Assembly: GCA_002329465.1 (NCBI GenBank)
Contig: DCTW01000004.1
Coordinates: forward strand, 66,933 to 130,932
DNA length: 64,000 nucleotides
Direction of reading: 5' to 3'
Source: Candidatus Woesebacteria bacterium UBA1430
GTDB taxonomy: Bacteria > Patescibacteriota > Microgenomatia > UBA8517
This document shows positions 37,407 through 46,903 of the stretch, piece by piece. The notes under the pieces were generated by a model. That model worked only from the letters and a program-made list of their open reading frames with translations, was not told the DNA's origin and did not search any database. The translations under genes and the position numbers were made by a program. The stretch's first letter is position 1, and each line of letters begins with the position of its first letter.

Positions 37407-40314
37407 AATACTCACAATTCCGACAAATATAGTTTCCGCTACATCTAAAATCGCTCTTTTCTATCTCTCTTTTAACCTCAAAAATTCTCTTTTTTGCCTC
37501 TTCAAGCTGCGCTCTGCTCCTTTTGGTAACTATTTTTGTTTGGTCCTCAAAATAATAAAGCGATAACTTGATATCCTCAACATCCTTACCGAACGGTTCT
37601 GTATTTATACCTGTTGCGGCCAAAGCATAAATACTAAGCTGAAGATCTTTATCAGCCTCCTTCTGCGTCGGAATTTTTTCTCCTGTTTTATAATCAACAA
37701 TCTCTATCCCCCCATTACTCAATAAATCAACCCTATCCATCTTTCCGCCAATTCTTACCTTCTCCCGTCCGCTTTCCGTTTCTTCATAAAGCGGAATAGA
37801 AAAATCCTGTTCAACCAATACAGGCAAATTTGCATAATCAAACTCTTTATCATAATACTCTCTCAAAAAGACAAGCGCTTTTTCAAAAGCCTCTTTTTCA
37901 TGTCTTTTGCTTTTATATCCGGCTGTGATCCAATCATCCTCAAAAATCTCTTCAAGCAACTTTTTACTAGGCTTTCTACCCAACTTTACTAAATTATAAA
38001 AATCTTTCAATGTTTCATGAACGCTTGTACCAAGGCTCATTGAAGGTGATGGAGAAGTAGGAATCTTCAAAATATAAGAAAGCTTATAATGAAGAGGGCA
38101 AATTTCAAACGTCCTTATCTGGGAATACGAAAGATAGTAAACCACGTGCCTTACCTGGGAACCAGACAAACCGGCCTTTTTTTCTCCTGAATAATCAAGA
38201 AAGGATAGCTGTTTTACGCTTTTCTGCTCCAAAAAAGAAATGTCCTCACCCAAAGCTTCAAATAAAAAAGGCGACAAACGCCTTTGCCTTTTACCCTCAG
38301 AATAATAGTCGGCTGCGCTAAAAAACAAATACTTCTGAGCTCTTGTCATACCCACATAAAAAAGTCTTCTTTCCTCCTGAAGATGATAATCACCCGAAGG
38401 CAGAGTCTCCTTTATAAGGTCATCGGGAATCGGTATAGGCTCGCGCCTCTCAACCGAAGGAAATCTCTGCTCAACAAGGTTTACCAAAAAAACAACAGGA
38501 AACTCAAGCCCCTTACTCGAATGTACAGTCAATATGTTTACAGCATTATTCTCACCCCAATCTTCTGTCGAAGCCAAAGGAGACTCACCAAGCTCCATGG
38601 ACAAATCTACCCAGTCAACAACGCTGTAAACATCGGCTTTTTCATAATCTGTTTCAAAAGATTTTAATTTATCAAAAAACTTAGATATATTCTTAGCTTC
38701 GCTTTCCGCTTTTTCGCTGGAGGGATCAACCAAATTTTTAATAATACCCGTGTCTTCCAAAAAATAATACAATATCTGTCCCGCAGTCTCTTTTTTTATT
38801 AAACCCAAATGACGCTTAATAATTTTAACCAAATCTAAAACCTTTTTTTTGGATTTTTCGCTTATATTATTTATCTCCCCAACGCGCTCTGCAGCCTCAT
38901 ACAAAGACATATTATTTTTCTTTGCATAACTACCAATAAACGAAACATCTCTAGAATCAAGCTTCAAATAATCCAAAGAAAGAACCCTGTAAAAAGAAAC
39001 TGAATCAGTAGGATCATAAAGCACCTTTAGATACGAAATAAAATCTACCACCTCGGGCTGTCTAAAAAGCCGCCCCGGCCCCAAAAACTGATAGGGCACC
39101 CCCGCCCTTGAAAAGGCACGAACAAAAGCCTCAGCCTGATTATTTGCTCGAACAAGCACTGCAAAATCTCTAAACTCAAAATTTTCCAAATCCACAAGTT
39201 CTAAAACCTTTTTAGCCACAAGCTCAGCCTCTTCTTCACCCCTTTGCGCATGTATAAAAAATACTCCACCGGAATCACTTTCTAAATCACAGGAAAGCTT
39301 TTTCTCAATCCCTTCAATCGCCTCGAGCCTATCCGGATTGTTATTCTGAATCAATTTATACGATGCATCCAAAATTTTCTGTATTGACCTGTAATTTTTA
39401 GTCAAAACAACAACCTTAGCCTTAGGAAAAGTTCTGCGAAACTGAAAAATATTACTAACGGCAGCACCCCTAAATCTATATATGCTTTGGTCATCGTCTC
39501 CACAAACAGTAATATTGGCTCGATTACCAGAAAGCAAAATTGCAAGCTCATTTTGAGCAAAATTAGTATCCTGAAACTCATCAACAAGTATATATTTAAA
39601 CTGCTCCCTGTACCTCGAAAGTATATTTGGCCGCTTTCTAAAAAGATCAAGGGTCTTTACTATCAAATCGCCAAAATCCATTAAACCCTCACGAATTTTT
39701 ATCTTGTCGAATTTTTTATAAGCCTGCGCAAGTTCGCTCCATTTCTCAATCTCCAGCTTTTCTTCCTTATCCGGTTTGGAATTTAACGTTTTTATTTTAG
39801 AATTTACCCAGGCAATATATTCACCCGGGGCTATATCCTCGTCCTGAAGTCTGGAAAAATGCTTCAAAATAGCGTCCAAAAATTTGTTTGGATTCCCAAG
39901 TGGTCTAAAATAAGACAAACCAAGCTCAAAAATATTCTCTCTCAAAAGCCCGACAGACTCTGCTCCTGTTAATAATCTATATCTTGGATTAAGCCCAACC
40001 TCCAAAGCTTCTGCCCTCAAAACTTTGTCGCAAAAAGAATGAAAAGTAGATATCCACATCTGCGTATATCCGTATGGCATCTCCTGATCAACGCGCTCAA
40101 CCATCTCAAAAGACGCCTTCTCGGTAAAACTCAAAGCAAGTATCTCATTAGGCCTCGCCAACCCGGAAGAAATAAGATATTTAATTCTTTCTGTTATCAC
40201 GGTTGTCTTACCCGTACCCGCCCCCGCAATAATAAGAAGCGGCCCTTTTTTATGTTCAACCGCGTCAATTTGCTGCCTATTAAGAGTCCTGCTCGTCAAG
40301 AAGTTTTTCCCCAC
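37381..40314 (-). CDS. UvrD-family helicase fused to an Fe-S PD-(D/E)XK nuclease (AdnA/AdnB/AddA-like)
   Basis: IAGAGTGKT, VDEFQD, HSSKGLEF, EERRLFYVGMTRA; then LSYSQI..FEICP, GKMDRVD, IVDYKTG, QLSIYA, CRNCEYSIFC. Confidence 0.9.
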   Translation of the reverse strand: MGKNFLTSRTLNRQQIDAVEHKKGPLLIIAGAGTGKTTVITERIKYLISSGLARPNEILALSFTEKASFEMVERVDQEMPYGYTQMWISTFHSFCDKVLRAEALEVGLNPRYRLLTGAESVGLLRENIFELGLSYFRPLGNPNKFLDAILKHFSRLQDEDIAPGEYIAWVNSKIKTLNSKPDKEEKLEIEKWSELAQAYKKFDKIKIREGLMDFGDLIVKTLDLFRKRPNILSRYREQFKYILVDEFQDTNFAQNELAILLSGNRANITVCGDDDQSIYRFRGAAVSNIFQFRRTFPKAKVVVLTKNYRSIQKILDASYKLIQNNNPDRLEAIEGIEKKLSCDLESDSGGVFFIHAQRGEEEAELVAKKVLELVDLENFEFRDFAVLVRANNQAEAFVRAFSRAGVPYQFLGPGRLFRQPEVVDFISYLKVLYDPTDSVSFYRVLSLDYLKLDSRDVSFIGSYAKKNNMSLYEAAERVGEINNISEKSKKKVLDLVKIIKRHLGLIKKETAGQILYYFLEDTGIIKNLVDPSSEKAESEAKNISKFFDKLKSFETDYEKADVYSVVDWVDLSMELGESPLASTEDWGENNAVNILTVHSSKGLEFPVVFLVNLVEQRFPSVERREPIPIPDDLIKETLPSGDYHLQEERRLFYVGMTRAQKYLFFSAADYYSEGKRQRRLSPFLFEALGEDISFLEQKSVKQLSFLDYSGEKKAGLSGSQVRHVVYYLSYSQIRTFEICPLHYKLSYILKIPTSPSPSMSLGTSVHETLKDFYNLVKLGRKPSKKLLEEIFEDDWITAGYKSKRHEKEAFEKALVFLREYYDKEFDYANLPVLVEQDFSIPLYEETESGREKVRIGGKMDRVDLLSNGGIEIVDYKTGEKIPTQKEADKDLQLSIYALAATGINTEPFGKDVEDIKLSLYYFEDQTKIVTKRSRAQLEEAKKRIFEVKREIEKSDFRCSGNYICRNCEYSIFCKADF

Positions 40315-41275
40315 CTTCCTTCAAATTATTAGTAGCGTCTATTTTTCTCCCCAAATGACTAAAATAAGTCAAAACATTACCCATCATATTATAAGAATTA
40401 TTTATATGCCTCTGAAGAGTAGCCAAACTTTCTTCCACTCTTGAATAATCCTTTCTTATTGCCCTAAGCATCCCAAACACCTCACGAGCTTGTGTTTCAA
40501 TTTTCTTTCCTTCAAACGACAAAAGAATAGTTTGAAGATGTGAATATAAAGTAGTAGGGGAGACCGGATAAACCCTCGCCCTTTGTGCAATCTCTAAAAG
40601 CTCCTGCTCTCTCACAAGCTCATAATAAACCGCTTCACTAGGCACATACATAAGCGCAAAATCCATGGTTCCTTCATCGGGCAATATATACTTCCGACTA
40701 ATATCTTTTATGTGCTTTTTAATATCTCTTATAAAAGCTTTTCGATGTAAATTTACATCTTCTCCCTCGGCTTTAGACATTTTCTGAAAATTTTCCATTG
40801 GAAATTTAGAATCAATAGGAAGTATACCGGCACCAGTTTTTATAGCAGCGTCAACCTTTTCACCGGATTTAAAAGTGTACTGAAGAAAAAAACTGCTCTT
40901 CGGAAACATCTGGGCAATCAAATCCTTCAAAACTTGCTCTCCAATATTTCCTCTAAGCTTCGGGCTCTGAAGAAATTCTTGAAGCTCCTTCATTCCTCTT
41001 CCGATTTCACTAAACTCACCAATATTTCTCTGAACTTGTCCTATCACCTTCGCAGCATTATCAAGCCTCTCATTAAGAGATTGAGTATTTTTCTGTAAAG
41101 ACTCAAGTAGTGTCTTTCTATCCTCCTTAGAACCCTCCTGAAGAAGCTTTACTATTTCCATCAATTCGTTAGAAGGCTTTTGTTTTTCAGAAATATCGTT
41201 AAGTTTCTTGTTTACCCACAATCCCAAAATCAAAATCCCGCCCAAAATTAATATCAGAATTATAATCGGATCCAT
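40280..41275 (-). CDS. rmuC: DNA recombination protein RmuC
   Basis: N-terminal TM and coiled coil; PKLRGNIGE, VDAAI, PIDSKFP, KYILP..T.DFALMYVPSEAVY, SPTT. Confidence 0.92.
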   Translation of the reverse strand: MDPIIILILILGGILILGLWVNKKLNDISEKQKPSNELMEIVKLLQEGSKEDRKTLLESLQKNTQSLNERLDNAAKVIGQVQRNIGEFSEIGRGMKELQEFLQSPKLRGNIGEQVLKDLIAQMFPKSSFFLQYTFKSGEKVDAAIKTGAGILPIDSKFPMENFQKMSKAEGEDVNLHRKAFIRDIKKHIKDISRKYILPDEGTMDFALMYVPSEAVYYELVREQELLEIAQRARVYPVSPTTLYSHLQTILLSFEGKKIETQAREVFGMLRAIRKDYSRVEESLATLQRHINNSYNMMGNVLTYFSHLGRKIDATNNLKEGGEKLLDEQDS

Positions 41276-41319
41276 GTTTCAACAAGCATTTTAGCACCCT
41301 CTTAGGTTAAAATAAAATA

Positions 41320-41640
41320 ATGAAATCAAAAAAAAGCCACTCAAGCGGTTTAATACTTTCTTTAATAATTATAATTCTCTGGACACTGCTCTCGGTTATT
41401 ATAGTCTTTACAAGCCCCAAAGATTTTGCCGCCATACCAATATTTTTTTCAGTTCTTTTTCTCGCTCTTTTCTTTACTCTTTCAGTAATATTCACAAACT
41501 CCAAAAAAGGTTTTTTATTCAGCTTATCCATAGTTTTTGCACTCATCCTTAGATATTTTGGCATAGGCAACCTTCTCAATATTCTCCTGCTTTTTGGATC
41601 AACCATAGCTTTCAACCTTTATATTTCAAAACACAATTGA
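41320..41640 (+). CDS. Small 3-4 TM membrane protein
   Basis: Highly hydrophobic; TAAAAT box 6 nt before the ATG. Confidence 0.7.
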   Translation: MKSKKSHSSGLILSLIIIILWTLLSVIIVFTSPKDFAAIPIFFSVLFLALFFTLSVIFTNSKKGFLFSLSIVFALILRYFGIGNLLNILLLFGSTIAFNLYISKHN

Positions 41641-41676
41641 CACACTCTGTTATACTTCAATTAAAGAAACAAACAA

Positions 41677-42030
41677 ATGAAAATCTCTCAAAAAAGAATA
41701 AACATCTCTTTAAAAAAAGAAATCGAAAAAGCTTTTGTTCAAAGTATTGCCGATATAAAAACGATTAATGAATCAAAAGTCTTTCTCGCGGATTTTCTAA
41801 CAAAATCAGAATTTGAAACTTTCTCCAAAAGATTGGCAGTAGCTTATTGGCTAAAAAAGGGTAGAAGCTACGAAAATATAAAACAAAACCTTAAAGTATC
41901 AAGCGCGACCATAGCCTCTGTTCAAGAAAATTTAGAAAAAAAGGGGTTTCAAATAGTACTAAAAAAGCTCGAGGCAGAAGAGTGGGCAAATCAATGGTCT
42001 GTAAAAATTAAAAAATTTGTTAGAAGATAA
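41677..42030 (+). CDS. TrpR-like YerC/YecD family protein
   Basis: FLADFLTKSE...KRLAVAYWLKKGRSYENI...VSSATIASV. Confidence 0.85.
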   Translation: MKISQKRINISLKKEIEKAFVQSIADIKTINESKVFLADFLTKSEFETFSKRLAVAYWLKKGRSYENIKQNLKVSSATIASVQENLEKKGFQIVLKKLEAEEWANQWSVKIKKFVRR

Positions 42031-42054
42031 ACCTTCTTGATACAATATTCCCAC

Positions 42055-43464
42055 ATGCGCTACTACATAACAACCACGCTTCCTTACGTCAACGCAGATC
42101 CGCATATCGGTTTCGCAATGGAGATAGTTGAAGCAGATTGCTTAGCTCGCTTTCACCGGTCTCTCGGGTATAGGGTAATATTCAATTTCGGAACCGACGA
42201 ACATGGCCAAAAAATATATCAAAAAGCGCTTGAGAAAAACCAAAACCCTAAAGCATATGTCGATGAATACGCCAAAAAATTCAACAATCTCAAAAAAGCT
42301 CTAAACTTAAGTTACGACAAATTCATAAGAACAACAGATCAAAACCACATAAAAGCTGCACAAAAATTTTGGGAATTATGTGACCAAAAAGGACTCATCG
42401 ATAAAAAAACATATGAAACTAAATATTGCGTCGGATGCGAAATGGAAATAACCGATTCGGAGCTTGTAAACGGGCGCTGCCCGTTACACCCGGACAAAAA
42501 AATAGAGTTAAGGCAGGAAGAAAACTATTTTTTTAAATTTTCCAAGTTTCAAAAACCCCTTCTGGAATTTTATAAAAAAAATCCAGACTTTGTTTTACCA
42601 AAAGAAAAATACAACGAAGTCATAAAATTTGTAGAATCGGGTATCAAAGACTTCAGCATATCTCGCCTAAAATCCAAAATGCCATGGGGGATTGAGGTGC
42701 CAAACGACCCAGACCATGTCATGTACGTTTGGTTTGACGCACTAATAAACTATATTTCAACCCTCGGCTGGCCGGACAAAAAAATTTCCGATTGGTGGCC
42801 TGGAATACAAATAGCAGGCAAAGACAATCTTCGCCAACAATCTGCAATATGGCAGGCAATGCTTATGGCGGCAGACATACCGAATACAAAACAAATATTT
42901 ATCCACAGCTTCGTCACACAAAATGGGCAAAAAATCAGTAAAAGCCAAGGTATCTTTGTCAATCCATATGATCTAATCAAAAAATACGGAACCGATGCGT
43001 TAAGGTATTATCTGCTTGCCAAACTCAACCCTTACCTCGATAGCGACTTTACAGTAAAAAAATTTGAAAACACCTATCAAGCAGATCTTGCAAACGGGCT
43101 CGGGAACCTCGTATCCAGGGTCTTTAAACTCGCAGATCAAAACAAAATCAAATTCAAAAAAAACAAAACTAAAAACCCGATTATAGACGAACTGAAAAAC
43201 CATCTTGAAATCTACAGATTTGATCTTGCAACCAAATCTATATGGGCTTTAATTAAAAAAACTGATAAATATCTTAACGAAAACAAGCCGTGGGAAAAAA
43301 AATCCAAAAACAAAAAATTTGTCATCTCAAACTCACTTACAAATATCTACTTCATCTCAGAAGCACTTAGTGCATTTCTACCCGAAACATCAGAAAAAAT
43401 TATATCGAGACTAATATCCGAAGAAAAACTGTCTGGCATGGTCTTATTTCCTAGGTTAAAATAA
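42055..43464 (+). CDS. metG: Methionine--tRNA ligase, monomeric short form
   Basis: YITTTLPYVNADPHIG, GTDEHG, YCVGCE, SISR, YVWFDAL, GKD, KISKS, LANGLGNL. The ATG at 42055 is preferred to the TTG at 42037. Confidence 0.96.
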   Translation: MRYYITTTLPYVNADPHIGFAMEIVEADCLARFHRSLGYRVIFNFGTDEHGQKIYQKALEKNQNPKAYVDEYAKKFNNLKKALNLSYDKFIRTTDQNHIKAAQKFWELCDQKGLIDKKTYETKYCVGCEMEITDSELVNGRCPLHPDKKIELRQEENYFFKFSKFQKPLLEFYKKNPDFVLPKEKYNEVIKFVESGIKDFSISRLKSKMPWGIEVPNDPDHVMYVWFDALINYISTLGWPDKKISDWWPGIQIAGKDNLRQQSAIWQAMLMAADIPNTKQIFIHSFVTQNGQKISKSQGIFVNPYDLIKKYGTDALRYYLLAKLNPYLDSDFTVKKFENTYQADLANGLGNLVSRVFKLADQNKIKFKKNKTKNPIIDELKNHLEIYRFDLATKSIWALIKKTDKYLNENKPWEKKSKNKKFVISNSLTNIYFISEALSAFLPETSEKIISRLISEEKLSGMVLFPRLK

Positions 43465-43476
43465 ATCTATTCCAAT

Positions 43477-44958
43477 ATGCTCAGAAAATTTTTAATCAAA
43501 CACAAATCTAAATCCCTTAGATTCTTTGAAATTTTGCCCGGGTTCGTTTCTTGGAATCTAATACTTTTTCCATATTGGGGGATATTTATAATTCCGGAAA
43601 TAGTCGCCTATTTTATTCTACTTTTTAATGTCTATTGGTTCTATCAAGCTTTCGGAATTGCAATAACGGCGACGATATCTCACTTCAGAATTGAAGCAAC
43701 AAAACACTACAATTGGATATCAGATATTAAAAACTTTCCCGATTACAAAAAAGTTCACCACATAGTCATTATCCCAACATACAAAGAACCAATTCACATT
43801 CTCGACCGAACAATAAACTCACTAGCCAATCAAGAAATCTCCAAAAAACAAATCTCCGTAGTTCTGGCCATGGAATTTAAAGAAGATTCTAAAGAAAGAG
43901 AGAGAAAAGTGAATTTTCTGCAAAAAAAATTTGGAAATATTTTTGCAAATTTTTTAGTAACCGTTCACAAGCTAGCTCCGGGTGAAGCAGTCGGAAAAGC
44001 ATCAAACGAATGCTACGCTGCTATAACCGCCAAAAAAAGAATAAAAATCGACATGAACTATACAACAGCTACAAGTTGTGACGCCGATCATGTATTTCAT
44101 CCTAAACATTTTTCTGTCCTAACCTACAAATTTCTTGACGACCCAAATCGCTACAAAAAATTTTGGCAACCGGCAGTCCTTCTTTACAATAATATATGGC
44201 GTTTGCCTGCAATAACGCGCGTGCCAAATATTCTAGCCTCCATCTTTATACTCTCAATGCTTCCAAGAAAAGACAGATTAATAAACCAACAAAACTACTC
44301 ACTCTCTTTCAAACTATTAGACAAAACAGGCTACTGGGACCCGGATAGAATTCCGGAAGACTGGGGCATTTTCTTCAAAGCGTTTTTCAAAAACAAAGGA
44401 AAAATCGAAGTAGAACCTCTTTACCTGCCCCTCTATGCAGACGCCATGGAATCTACCACAACCATCAAAACTCTCAAAGGCCAATACACCCAAGTAAAAC
44501 GCTGGGCATGGGGCGTATCCGACTCTTCTTGGGTTCTCTATAACTTTTTTGTCACTCCGGGCATGTCTTTCTGGGATAAAATCACCCGCGTTTCCACTTT
44601 CGTCCATGGACACTTTCTTTGGCCTGTACACTGGTTTATAATTACAATCGGCCTTACTCTTCCCGCCATAATCAACCCGGCATTCGGCAGGACCACTCTT
44701 GGTTATATGACTCCAAAAATATCCTCGGCTATTCTTACCATTGCTCTTGCATTTCTAGTCATCCTTCTTATTCTAGACTACCTCTACAAACCCAAACGAC
44801 CCAAAAATTTTCCTTTCTGGCGCGCCATTCTAGTTCCATTCGAATTCATTCTTATGCCAATTGCAACGTTTTTCTTTACCACCCTCCCGGGTTTAGACGC
44901 CCACACCAGATTAATGCTGGGAAAATATATCGAATATAAAGTAACAGAAAAAGTTTAA
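43477..44958 (+). CDS. Membrane GT2 glycosyltransferase (processive synthase-like)
   Basis: IIPTYKEP, GKASN, CDAD, IPEDW, QVKRWAWG (D,D,D,QxxRW); flanking TMs. Confidence 0.85.
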   Translation: MLRKFLIKHKSKSLRFFEILPGFVSWNLILFPYWGIFIIPEIVAYFILLFNVYWFYQAFGIAITATISHFRIEATKHYNWISDIKNFPDYKKVHHIVIIPTYKEPIHILDRTINSLANQEISKKQISVVLAMEFKEDSKERERKVNFLQKKFGNIFANFLVTVHKLAPGEAVGKASNECYAAITAKKRIKIDMNYTTATSCDADHVFHPKHFSVLTYKFLDDPNRYKKFWQPAVLLYNNIWRLPAITRVPNILASIFILSMLPRKDRLINQQNYSLSFKLLDKTGYWDPDRIPEDWGIFFKAFFKNKGKIEVEPLYLPLYADAMESTTTIKTLKGQYTQVKRWAWGVSDSSWVLYNFFVTPGMSFWDKITRVSTFVHGHFLWPVHWFIITIGLTLPAIINPAFGRTTLGYMTPKISSAILTIALAFLVILLILDYLYKPKRPKNFPFWRAILVPFEFILMPIATFFFTTLPGLDAHTRLMLGKYIEYKVTEKV

Positions 44959-45001
44959 GTTGAAGACAGCAAAACAACTGGATATACTGAAATAAAGACA
45001 A

Positions 45002-46498
45002 ATGGTTAAAAAGGGGATAAAAAATTTTTTGATTTTTTGCCACATTCCTAATTGGTTATTCTTTGTCCTGATAGCCACACTTCTATTGCGCATTCCAAGC
45101 TTTTTCGAGCCTTACTACTACGGAGATGAGATGATCTATTTAACCCTTGGTCAAGGAATTAAAAACGGCCTCACTCTCTACAAAGACATCCACGACAACA
45201 AACCCCCCCTGCTTTATTACACGGCAGCTATTGCCGGAAGCGTATTCTGGTTTCGAGCAATTTTAACCATATGGATGTTAATAACTACAACCATTTTCTG
45301 GAAACTGGTTGTTAAATTATTTCCCAAAAACACACTGCTCCAAATTACATCCGTTATCTCCTTTGCCATATTAACTACAATACCGCTACTCGAAGGTCAA
45401 ATATCAAACGCTGAGCTTTTCATGATAGGCCCAACAATCCTTGCTTTTTATCTCCTACTAGATAAAAAACTTACTACAACAAAGCTTTTTCTATCGGGAG
45501 TTCTTTTTTCAATTTCAACGCTTTATAAAGTACCAGGGGCTTTCGACTTAGGAGCAATAATCTTCTTTTGGATCATTTACAAAAAGCTAAACCTTAAAAA
45601 ATCAATTCTTATCTTACTCGGCTTTCTCACCCCAATTATTTTAACAACAATTTGGTTCGCCTCCAAAAACTCCTTAAACGAATATATTAAAGCGGCTTTT
45701 CTCCAAAACATAGGCTATCTTTCCTCCTGGCGCCCATCTGATGTAGAAAGACCTTTTCTCCTAAGAAATTTGCCCCTTATCATAAGATCTGCTTTACTGA
45801 TATTAGGAATTTGTATTCTCTACATCAAAAAAACAAAAATCTCCAAAGAATTTGTCCTTACCGCTCTCTGGCTTCTTTTTAGCCTTTTTGCGGTCACACT
45901 TTCGGAAAGGCCATACCCGCACTATCTCATCCAATCGGTAGCCCCGGTATCAATCTTTGTCGGTATGCTTGTAGCACGAAAAAACAAAGAACAAGTCCTA
46001 TCAATTATCCCGCTTACACTAGCAATATTTGTGCCTGTATATTACGGATTCTGGCTTTATCCTTCGTTCCCTTATTATCAAAGGTTCATAAAATTCGCAA
46101 CCAAAAGCATCACCAAAGAAGAATATTTCAATCTTTTTGACCAAAATACCCAAAAAAACTACAAAATTGCAGAATATGTGCTCACATCCACAAACAAAAA
46201 CGACAAAATATTCGTCTGGGGTGACACATCAGTAATATATGCCCTAACCAAAAGACTTCCTCCAATCAAATATACGACCGATTATCATATAAAAGATTTT
46301 TATTCAATCAACGCTGCTATAGCCGAAATCAAAAAAACAAACCCTAAAATTATCATAATCATGACAGAAAACAGCGAAATATTAACATCGGAGTTTAAAC
46401 AGTTTCTTGATATAAATTATATTAAAGTTATACAAATCGAAAAAGCAATAATCTATAAATCCCTAAGCCCCATAGTTAAAAAAGCTCTCTTTTATTAA
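45002..46498 (+). CDS. ArnT/PMT-like GT-C glycosyltransferase
   Basis: YYGDEMIY...LYKDIHDNKPPLLY, NAELF, LYKVP, YPHY; polytopic. Confidence 0.8.
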   Translation: MVKKGIKNFLIFCHIPNWLFFVLIATLLLRIPSFFEPYYYGDEMIYLTLGQGIKNGLTLYKDIHDNKPPLLYYTAAIAGSVFWFRAILTIWMLITTTIFWKLVVKLFPKNTLLQITSVISFAILTTIPLLEGQISNAELFMIGPTILAFYLLLDKKLTTTKLFLSGVLFSISTLYKVPGAFDLGAIIFFWIIYKKLNLKKSILILLGFLTPIILTTIWFASKNSLNEYIKAAFLQNIGYLSSWRPSDVERPFLLRNLPLIIRSALLILGICILYIKKTKISKEFVLTALWLLFSLFAVTLSERPYPHYLIQSVAPVSIFVGMLVARKNKEQVLSIIPLTLAIFVPVYYGFWLYPSFPYYQRFIKFATKSITKEEYFNLFDQNTQKNYKIAEYVLTSTNKNDKIFVWGDTSVIYALTKRLPPIKYTTDYHIKDFYSINAAIAEIKKTNPKIIIIMTENSEILTSEFKQFLDINYIKVIQIEKAIIYKSLSPIVKKALFY

Positions 46499-46552
46499 TC
46501 CATAATAATTGCCACAATTAAAACCAATACGCTAAAATAGGTAAACCTGTTT

Positions 46553-46903
46553 ATGAAATTAAAAAAACCCAATCTAAACTTTCTGCCCAAACCTGCTGTT
46601 ACAATAACAATATTTCTACTAAACATAATTGTACTTATTTTTATCTTCGCGGTTAAAAACCTCCTGCCCCCGGAAATACCGCTTCTTTACGGCAAACCAA
46701 GTGGGGAAGAGCAGCTTGTACCAAAAATTTACCTTTTTATACCGCCATCTCTTGCAATCGTCTTTCTACTTCTTAACTTAATTTTAATAAAATTCATTAA
46801 AGATAAATTTCTTCAATATTCGCTTTTATCCCTCTCCTTAATTATTACGATCCTTTCAACAATCACAGTATTAAAAATAATTTCAATAGTTGGGAATCTT
46901 TAA
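46553..46903 (+). CDS. 3-TM membrane protein (DUF1648-like)
   Basis: TM, then LPPEIPLLYGKPSGEEQL, then two TMs. Confidence 0.7.
   Translation: MKLKKPNLNFLPKPAVTITIFLLNIIVLIFIFAVKNLLPPEIPLLYGKPSGEEQLVPKIYLFIPPSLAIVFLLLNLILIKFIKDKFLQYSLLSLSLIITILSTITVLKIISIVGNL

Noticed and set aside
37381..38140. Cas4/CRISPR link for the Fe-S PD-(D/E)XK domain
   Set aside because: It is fused to a UvrD helicase, and no cas genes or repeat-spacer array were seen in the window.
41291..41317. TTAGCACCC as a CIRCE half-site
   Set aside because: There is no right arm; it is the reverse complement of the rmuC extended -10 (TGCTAAAAT).
41307..41615. 102-aa basic minus-strand ORF
   Set aside because: Mirror of the hydrophobic plus-strand ORF, which has a correctly placed -10 box.
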